The notes under the pieces are model-generated. The model was not told the origin of the DNA. It did not search any database and saw only the letters and a list, made by a program, of their open reading frames with translations. A stretch of 62,786 bases of DNA, counting the filler, from Dugesia japonica (Eukaryota), in the NCBI GenBank assembly GCA_001938525.1. It is 7 parts of 7 records of this genome, joined end to end, with 100 filler letters (N's around TTAATTAATTAA, not from the genome) between each part and the next. Parts side by side here need not be neighbours in the genome. Positions count along the whole stretch, not along the records: positions 53,439 to 62,786 come from MQRL01635576.1; 6 more parts are not named here. The stretch is one strand, 5' to 3'. Numbering within the stretch: position 1 is the first letter of the stretch; every line of letters begins with the position of its first letter. Both the position numbers and the translations under genes were made by a program. Below are positions 53,439 through 62,786 of this stretch, piece by piece.

Positions 53439-54045
53439 TTTTCATGTGAGAATTCAGTTGATAACATTGACCAGCATACAAAGGTTTTTGTTAATGTTTA
53501 TAAACTAGAATTTTGAAACTGAAATGAATCAGTAAGTCGTGCCGTGACACAATTTCCAATATTGGACAAAAATTGACAAAAACAATTAGTTGTTTGTGCG
53601 ACTGGACTGAAATTCAAACTTAGAAATTAGTTCATCGCATATTTGATGGTGTATTGTGAATCATAACCTTTAAAGTTATGAAAAATCAACAGGGAAATCC
53701 ATTCTAATCTTGCGTGATAAATTGCACTGATTGCACCCAGCTGCGAGACATTTTCCCGTATAATGATCATGATCACGAAAAAGCTTGTTTTTATTGCTTC
53801 CACACATTTAGTAAAGGTATCTTGTTCTGTTGTTGTCTAGTTCATTTTCATACACATATTTTTATATTAACGGACACGACATTCCCTGACAATTCATCAA
53901 GACATTTTAGAAACTTTACCATGCAGTTTGTACCAGAAAACGAATAGTACTTTCATTGTTGTATTCAGTAATGAAATTATTAAAAACCATATAGGTATTG
54001 GCGCATGTTTCACTAAATTACTATCTTCTTCTGGTAGTAAACTAT
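53439..54045 (-). mobile_element. Maverick/Polinton protein-primed DNA polymerase B fragment (endo-VII-like and exonuclease region)
   Basis: SGTNCMVKFLKCL, RDHDHYTGKCLAAGCNQCNL, FPV..HNFKGYDS and RLTDSFQFQNSSL. Frameshifted. Confidence 0.8.
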
Positions 54046-55411
54046 TAAAATATTAAAAGTAATAAAAATATTAAAATTAATAAAAATATATAGATTACAT
54101 AAACAAATTACTTGTATTCTTAATATTTCAAAATATGTCTTTTTCTATTATGGTTTGATAATAAGGTTTCTGATTAACCTAAACGTACTAAAAGATTTCG
54201 TTTTTTACGGAGAAATTGGTTAAATCCAAAGATAAAGCTGTTAGATAAGTTTGAAGTAGTCATCGGATCATCAATATCAAAACTCAATNCCATAGAAAGT
54301 TCATTCACAAAACAAAACTATACTAACACTATTTGTTTATTCAAACAAATTAAAATACCATGTTTTAATTGGTGATCATTTTTCAAATTATTTAAAAATT
54401 TTAATTTATTATTAAATCATCATTAAAAATTTAAAACCAAATATTCGTTCATTCAAAATTTTAATTTATTATTAAATCGTCTCTCAAACTTAAAACCAAA
54501 ATTCGTTCTTTAAATTTTTCATCTATAATTTAAATCTTTTTAAATAAAAGGTTTTAAGAAAAATGATCACCAATCACACAAAAATTTCAACTCGCTTTTC
54601 AAAACATTCTTTGCGGAAGAGATTGTATGATATAACTCCTTGCAAGCTACCAATGAGGATCAGATTGCTCGATATAATATGATGAATACTGATATCTTTG
54701 TTCGGTCCCTCTAATATTAGTAATATGATAAGTTTTTTAACATTTAAATTTTTAATAGGCAAATTTCATATAATGAAAATAAACAATGCCATAGCAATGG
54801 TAATGTAAAAAATCAGCTACCGAAACAAATATTTTTTAAACTTTGACTTGTGAGTCACTTCTTCTTGTTCATTGCTAAAACAACATTCACACAAAATGAA
54901 AAATAATAATTTAATTTGATGCATTTTTTATTGTTTAAAAAAATTAGGGAGGAATATTTTTAAAAAAATTATGAAACCAGTATCGGAATAAAATTGATCT
55001 GGGTAATTCATCCAGCTTCCATGATTAATAGAAACAAAATTGCCGCTCTGGGCGTTCAGCTCCCATTGCCCCACCCTTCCTACTCTACTGCATATTTTAT
55101 GGTCATATTATTCGAGGAATCATACTATTTAAATAGTATAATCAAAAAAAAATTATTATGGTCATACTATTTGGTAATATTTATTAGTATTTATCTCAGT
55201 CTGGAAATTTAATTGAAAAATTAAAAAATTTATAGACGAAACTAAATTACATTTAAAAATCCAACAGTGGTTTTAAAAAATTATAAAATACATTTGATAA
55301 ATTCAATATTTCACAATAAATAGAAGTTAAAAATTATTCTTTCACTAAATTACAATTTTTGTTTTTGAAAAAATTAATTAAAATAAATCTTTTCATTTTT
55401 ATTTTTAATAG

Positions 55412-55656
55412 ATGGTACAAAGTTGATTATTCTGGTGTTGAAGATTTAGATTACGGATATAAAAGAGGATGCCTTCTACCAGAAGGGGGGTGTTATAAAT
55501 ACATGAAATCCAAGTAAAATAATAATTTCTTTAATAATTTATCTTCTGATAGATCTTTAAGTTTGGATCCATTTTGTAATAATCCATTTGGAAAAGGGAA
55601 AACTCTTGGCTGTTCATTATTTAAAAATTATTTTTATTATTGTGATCTTCAAAAGA
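55412..55656 (+). CDS. Leishmanolysin/invadolysin-like (M8) metallopeptidase exons 55412-55513 and 55553-gap
   Basis: Spliced over a 39-nt GT-AG intron: WYKVDYSGVEDLDYGYKRGC....GC......LDPFC...LGC...CDLQK, matching LMLN GWYKANYS.AE.LDWG.G.GC...C...PYC...C...CNLQK. Confidence 0.75.
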
Positions 55657-57969
55657 NNNNNNNNNNNNNNNNNNNNNNNNNNNNNNNNNNNNNNNNNNNN
55701 NNNNNNNNNNNNNNNNNNNNNNNNNNNNNNNNNNNNNNNNNNNNNNNNNNNNNNNNNNNNNNNNNNNNNNNNNNNNNNNNNNNNNNNNNNNNNNNNNATT
55801 ATCACTATTTCTTAATTTATTTAAATCAAATAGAATATTACTCCAAGTCAATTTTAATGTAATATGCAAATTGTAAAAAATACATATATTAATAACTACT
55901 CCAAACCTTTGTACCATATGAAAATCCTGAATGCATGATCATAATAGTTGATGACAATTTGATTAAAAACTTAATTCAAAATAATCTGTATTGTACAACT
56001 ATTAATATCATAGGTATACAAAATGCGTCTCAAAAGATTATTAAGACTATTTGCATTGTCTGATACGTATCTTAACAAATACTTTGAAAAACAAATTTTC
56101 ATAAAATATATTTTCAATTGCAAAGATCAAAANNNNNNNNNNNNNNNNNNNNNNNNNNNNNNNNNNNNNNNNTATGCCTTCTTCAGGAATTATTGCTCAA
56201 TTCATTCTGATTATAAACGTTTAAATAGAAACACAATTTACATTAATCTGATTAAAATTAGTTTTCATTGGTAACTAATTATAACATTAAATTTTAAATT
56301 TATTAAGCATATTGAAAGGTTAATACAGGATAACTTTATTTAAATTTTTATTAAGGGAATACCTTTTATTATTTTGATTAATAATTATTTTATTTGTTAA
56401 GAGAACTTGTAGATCTCAGCAGAGTCACCAAATACAATATTTCCTCGTAGGAACAGCTGATGTGTATGCTATCTTGGTGTATATTACGCAGAGAGCAGTT
56501 TAATAATTTAATAAAATTACTTATAACAAACAAGTAACCAAAACTTTACAAATTTTATTTAACGAACATAAAAGATTAATAATTTACTCTGTTTTTGCTG
56601 CAATTGGAAATGTTTTGACCTTCTATGGGTTTGATTTTCTTGAGATAAGTTGTGGGTTTCCAATTTAAATTACACGATAATTCCAAATCACAAAAGTAGG
56701 ACCAATTTAGATTCTTCAGATGGTGCCTAGAGTTTTCTTTTAATTGTGAACAGATTTTTTAAAATTTAATTTGTGTTGTGTTTGTCCTCCAATTTTCTGT
56801 TATTTATAACATTTGGCGTTTGCCAAGAATTCGCATTTCTTTTTAATTAGAAATTTTAAATTGTCTATATTAATAATTGAACTTTTTCTATCAGTAATAT
56901 TTATTTCAATAATTAAAAATCATAATCATAAAAATACATAAATATAAAAGTACATTAACATTTTATTTATAAAATAATAAAATAAATAGCGTAACACAAA
57001 AATTAAACCTGATATATTCTTTAACCCAATACAGTCAATAAACCTAGTACATTCAATGAACCCGATACATTCATTTAAACCTATACATTCAATTTGTTTA
57101 CGTATTTGAACTAAAAAGTTGTATTTAATGCTTTCATTTTTCTTAATTTTATCGTTCAAATCAATAAATACAGTCCCTTAATCCATCGAATATGCTTAAT
57201 TTTTTACATCAGACATAAATCTATAAAAAATAGTTATTATTTTCAAATTTTCAAAATTCTATTTAGATAAACTAATTTTATAAATTCATATAGATTTACC
57301 AAAAATTATTACTTAGTCTATAAGTAATTTCATTAAAATATATAGACACATAATTAAAATTTAGACTAATCTTATTAAGATTAGTTAAATTGCCATTAAT
57401 TTTCTTAAGTTTAAAAAACTTCAGTTATTAAGTTATTTAAAATTAATTAATTTCATTGAAATTCATCGAATATAATAGGTTTAATAGATTTATAGTACTT
57501 ATTAGAGTTCAGCAGTTGTATTTACATAGTATGCCATTGGTTATAATATATGGATAAGTAAAAACAAAAGTTTATCATATGGAGATTATAGCACTTTTTT
57601 CCTTGATGATCATGATTCAAATCAAGAATAGTTACAAGTTATGATTTTATTTTGATATTTCCTAACATTATAATTGTAACATTTAAGTAATTTCAATAAA
57701 GATAGTAATCCATTCAGTCATCCATTCGTCAGATTTTCATTTTGCTAAAAATATCTTTGTATTGTTATTTTGTTCTTTACTTTGTTTTTAATAATAATTG
57801 TTCAGTGAGTAACCTATAAAAGTACCTGTTTTTCAATTTATTTCATCAAGAATAAATATTGATGATTTTTAACCATGTTATTTGTAATGAGCATCAAATA
57901 CTCTGTCGAAAAGACAACATGATGTGCAAATTCGTGTTACTTCATAATTTCCTCAGGAAGACTCAAAAC

Positions 57970-58230
57970 TTAAAATGATGGATTTAATGAAAGTAATGGT
58001 ATTTACGTAAAAATGATGTATTTTTAAATATATTTTGAGAATATTTGATTATTTTTGAACAGGGAAGGTTTTTTTTTAATATTTTTCAATGTGGAAGATT
58101 AGAGTCTTGATATTTTTAAAAAACCTTTGAAGGGAAATCAAAAATTATTTTTTGGCGACAAATTTAAAATATTTCATTTTTGGGAGAGAAATTTTTTAAT
58201 TTAATTAAATTTTTTTAAAATTATACATAC
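57970..58230. repeat. Inverted repeat of 61840-62055 (inner TIR-like arm)
   Basis: ttaatgaaagtaatg, gtaaaaatgatgtatttt, acagggaaggttt, caatgtgg, gagtcttgatattttt and tttttgggagagaaattttttaattt are all found reverse-complemented there. Confidence 0.75.
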
Positions 58231-59009
58231 ATAAATAACAAGTATATAAATGGAAATTCTTTTAAATATCTCATAATTTTCAAAATGGTAGATATTCGCA
58301 ATTCATCACACAAGCAATATGAAATGCTCAAGCAAATAGATATATGCAACAAAAATAATGTAGATACTCTAACCAATCAAAGATACAAAGTGTTGTCAAT
58401 CATCAATCAAGCCTATACACTGAACTATATGGACAATTTGAATAGACGTATAGTTAATAAAGCAGAGAGGATAAAAGAAGAATACAATCTGGAAGCCTTT
58501 ATGAATCCAATGATAGAAATATCCAACAATGCAATTTTATTGTAAGGCTATTTGAATTTGATCCGCCAACAGCAGCTATCGAGATTTATAAGGAAGAAAA
58601 AGTAAACATTACTAATAAATTGAACATGGACATACAATATCAATAGAAATAATTAATATAAACAGAATAAATGTTAAAATGCAAGCTCTATCCATTTCAT
58701 TTGGTAAGCAAAGACAGTGTTGTGTGGATAGGAAGAAAAATAGCGGTAATATATTTTTTTTATTTATGTAAATTTATTAGTTATTAGTTTAGATCCAGTG
58801 TGCAATGTCAAAATATCACACCAGCATCTTGTTTCTTGGTTGTAACAGACTTTTTTGTCAAGTGTTGTAAATATTTTATATACTTTTATGTGTTGTTTAT
58901 TTTCAATGTTATATAATAAATCTTATTTAATCAAAGTCTTTTTTTTATTTTAAACATAATTTTAATTAAATCTTATAATTAAATTAAAAAATCTTTTTTT
59001 AAATTACCT

Positions 59010-60333
59010 TCTTGAATATATATAGTGGTATCTGTCTACATATTTTCACAAATCAGTTTATGCTTTTCATTTTCTACTTTATTTTTTAATCCATTGAGAC
59101 AGTTGGGACACCATGTTGATTGAATGCGAACAACCTGTCTTTTTTTATCCCTGTTTATTAGGCGATTTAGATTTATTACTGTAGTGTAATGAAATCTGTT
59201 GTTATTTTCCAGTAATAACATATATATTTTCTCTTCATCTATTTCTTTTGATCGCTGTATTATGTCCAAATTTAGATGTTTCATTACTATGTCATCTTCT
59301 TCATCCTTAATTGATTCTTGATTCCATGATAAGACAATGATGGATAGTCCTGGATTATTCTTCTCAAACTTTGGTATATAAATCAGTTTCATTGGCATAT
59401 CCTCTTCNNNNNNNNNNNNNNNNNNNNNNNNNNNNNNNNNNNNNNNNNNNNNNNNNNNNNNNNNNNNNNNNNNNNNNNNNNNNNNNNNNNNNNNNNNNNN
59501 NNNNNNNNNNNNNNAGACTTTATCATCGTTCTTGATGTTTACGATTGCTCCTTTCATTTTTAATTCTTTCGGGGTTGGAATATAACTTTTTCCCGAAAGT
59601 TGACAAATATCTGCAACTTTTGTGATCTTGAAATTAGTTCGCTTCTTATTGTTATTTTCTCATTTAATTGGTTGATCCCATCTTCAAAATAGTTATCAGT
59701 TAATGCAACGGCTCTTTTTGATATTCTACAGGTTTTAAGCTCCTTCACCTCTCCATCAGTAGTTGTTGTTATCCTTTAAGACTCAACATGCACCCCAAAT
59801 TGTATTTTAACTTTCTTCATTTATTCTATTGTCTGGAATAATTTGTTTACTATAGCTTCTGGTAACATTATTTCACGACAATTTCATCTTGAAACATCTA
59901 TTTTAAGTATCCTATGATAGCAATAAAAATTCTATTCTATAATAACTTCATCATCCACAGTATTATTTGCTGATCCATCAACTTGATTATTATTTCCCGC
60001 TTCTTCTGCATCCATAAATTGTTGAACCATGATATCTTCTTCAGTATTCATTATCAACCCACCAACTTTATTGTTTTCTGCTTCTTCTGCATCCATGAAC
60101 TCATGAAATATAATATCTTCTTTATTGAGTTCATCAATTATTTCAAAACTGTTCCAATCATCTGATTCAATATTTATTGCTTCTTGTACAATATTTGTTG
60201 CTTCTTCTTCTTGTACAATATTTGCTGTTTCTTCTTCCGGTTCCAAATTGTTAATTTCTTCAACATATTCAATTATTACAATAGGCTCATCCTTGATTAT
60301 TATTATTTCTTCATCGTTTATCCTCAATAACAA
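59010..60333 (-). mobile_element. Maverick/Polinton polB N-terminal region (decayed) with acidic leader
   Basis: KVKIQFGVHVE, AIVNIKNDDK, PMKL..IPKFEKNNP.LSI, LLL...HY..V.NLNRL and WCPNCL......H...C match the polinton pPolB N-terminus. Confidence 0.75.
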
Positions 60334-60799
60334 TTATTTCAACTGGTTCATTCTTAACTGTTATTTCTTCTGTCTTAATTCACTTATTTACTGTTGCTTT
60401 ATAAAATTCATTGTCTTTCTGCCTATCTTGTATTGATGTTAATATATTTTTTTTACTGTTACTAAAACAAGTCAAGTGTTTGTTATGTGCCCTATAAAAA
60501 CTTAAGTAGTCCCTTAAAACCTAATACTTTACAATTAGGACACACAAAATAAGTCTTTCCATAAAACAATTGGCCATATTATCCTTCCATGATACTTTGG
60601 CAGTCACCATTGTGACTCGCACTTGTGCAATGGTTGTATAATTTGCAATGTTCTCAAATAATAATATAATAATTTCAATAATATAATAATTTAATAATAA
60701 CATAATGATTTTAATAACATTTTATTTCTTTATAAAATATATGAGCTATGATATTTTTCCATAAAAAAAACATATAAGAGTGGTAAGTTATAAGAACAA

Positions 60800-61010
60800 A
60801 ATTTCATTAGTAATGCAATTTTAAAAAAACAATCTCATTAGTGATGCAATTTTAAATAAACAATCTCATTAGTGATGCAATTTTAAATAAAATATCACAT
60901 TAGCAATTCAATGTTTATTAAAAAATCTCATTAGCGATGCAATTTTTAATAAAGAAATTTCATTGTCGATAAAACCTTCCAAAATAAAACATTGGTGATG
61001 CAAGTTTATC
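60800..61010. repeat. ~31-bp tandem repeat (ctcattagtgatgcaattttaaataaacaat), ~6 degenerate units
   Basis: Seen directly. Confidence 0.8.
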
Positions 61011-61679
61011 AGAAAAATGAAAAAAGAATAGAACTTTTCATTTAAAAAACAGAGCCTTTTTTCATAACATAGAGCATTTTTTCATAATATCATAGCATAA
61101 AACATAGCATAGAACATGTTTTTGGAACATAGCCTATTTCTCTTCACAATAGTTTATTTTATTTAAAATTTAACTAATAAAAAAGTATTTAAAAAACATT
61201 AAAAAATCGAAAAACTAACGTGAATCTCTATTCACGATCATTCGAGATCCTTCACCTCTATGTCTCATTTCGTCAAAATTCTAAATTACATAATCAATTT
61301 ATTAATAATAATAAATAATAACAACCTTACAGCATTTATAGTTGAAATAAATCTTCTTCCATTTTGTTTATATGAATTCATGATAATTCTAAAAAAAATA
61401 AAAGTTAATAATGTTAATAATAATAATTATAAATTACTTCAAGCTCTCTTGAATTGTTCACTTGTTTTCTAAAAATAATTTGAAATTGTGATGAACAATA
61501 ATAAATTTTACCAAGGTTTTCAACTCTAACCAATCATATCTAATCAATCAATTTCGAGTATGTGGGTATTTTAAAATGTCAAATTAATTTAAAATATTGC
61601 AGACATATTACTTTGTGTTATTTTAAATCAATTTTAAATCACATTACTTTGAATTTTAGACTGCTCCATCCCTTGAAAA

Positions 61680-61850
61680 ATATCAAGTCGGCCAAATACT
61701 ATGCAAAATACCAAGACTGTCCATACCATGCTAAATATAGAAACTCCCCGTTTCATACATAATAAAGAGGCTCCAAATACCAAGCTAAACATAGAAACTC
61801 CCCATGCTAAATATCAAGACAAATCCATCTCATACATAAATATAAAGTCT
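61680..61850. repeat. Degenerate tandem repeat (ccatgctaaatatagaaactcccc-type)
   Basis: Seen directly; adjacent to the TIR-like arm. Confidence 0.6.
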
Positions 61851-62786
61851 TAAAAAAATTTAATGAAATTAAAAAATTTCTCTCCCAAAAATAAATTTTT
61901 GAATTTCCCACCAAAAATCTTTAAAAAAATATCAAGACTCCCCTCTTCCCACATTGAAAGAAAATAAAAAGAAACCTTCCCTGTAAAAAAATACTCAAAA
62001 ATACATCATTTTTACAAAAATATCATTACTTTCATTAAATTCATCATTTTAAGCAAAATACAGCATTTTTACCCAAAATAAAGATTTCAAAAGATTATGA
62101 CGTCATAACATTTTGCCCGAAAAATTTCAAATAAATCTTATAAAATTTGATAATTAATTGCCTTTCCGCCCATACCTTTGTCCGCATCCCGAAAAATTTT
62201 TTTTACACACTTATACTACTTACAAAAATCAACCACTCAAATTCAAGTTCTTAAAATAAAAAATCAAAGCACATTCGACATGCGAAATCTTCTTCATCAC
62301 ATTACCTCATCAACCATCCAAATCTAATAACATATTACAAACTTACAGCCTCCAAAAAAAAACCAAACTAAAACTCATACCACTGTGCTGATACGCTACC
62401 ACACTTCTAGGACAAACTACCCATCCAACCTCATAAGTCCTTTAAACAATATATAGACCAAATTTTTGCCCATTAACAATCAAATCTTAAAAACCCCCGA
62501 AAAATTATTTCCAAGATCTCTACCTCCTCCTCGAGTTCAAATTCCCTCTTACACACACAACCACACACACAAACTCAACTTGACTTTTTTTTGAAATCAC
62601 CTTAACAACCCAAACACACACAAATTTTTAAATTTATAAATACACACACACCGCAAGGATCAAAAAATTATTCGATCAAAATTTTTTGATCCCAAAAATC
62701 TTAGAAAAAAAACTAACCAAAAAATCATAGCACAAAAATCATAACACAAGCGTAATGTGTTTCCGAGCACTTCCCCCTCGGGGGAG

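Noticed and set aside
56926-57159. IECIG-repeat ORF
   Set aside because: Product of an 18-bp repeat in a dispersed non-coding element (inverted copy at ~51950 is not open).
58990-59010. Possible intron donor in Polinton polB (GAAG|gtaatt), and a possible intron at 54042-54111
   Set aside because: No matching downstream exon could be identified; AT-rich chance matches are likely.
60800-61010. Regular ~31-bp repeats as a possible CRISPR array
   Set aside because: No unique spacers, units are degenerate and head-to-tail, no cas genes, eukaryotic context.

Overview
Very AT-rich eukaryotic (animal) genomic DNA. Tiny 39-41 nt introns, a divergent CBP/p300 and the TE spectrum suggest a flatworm such as a planarian; this is inference only. 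Six identical N-TTAATTAATTAA-N linkers cut the window into seven ~8.4-9.8 kb pieces that may be unrelated contigs. Host gene pieces: the last two exons of a CBP/p300 acetyltransferase (minus), three exons of an M13 neprilysin-like peptidase (minus), two exons of an M8 leishmanolysin/invadolysin-like peptidase (plus) and a small Cys-rich secreted prohormone-like ORF. The rest is mostly decayed mobile DNA: mariner, Tc1, maT, hAT, piggyBac, Penelope-like, gag-only LTR relics and Maverick/Polinton polB fragments. The standout is a decayed Ty3/Gypsy element at ~25.9-35.4 kb (minus). Its domain order reads LTR-PBS-Gag(2xCCHC)-[helical+ubiquitin-like]x2-chuvirus-type glycoprotein(TM)-PR-RT-RH-IN-signal peptide-FN3-like x2. 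That places a viral fusogen BETWEEN gag and pol, apparently in one polyprotein, with a second putative surface protein after integrase.
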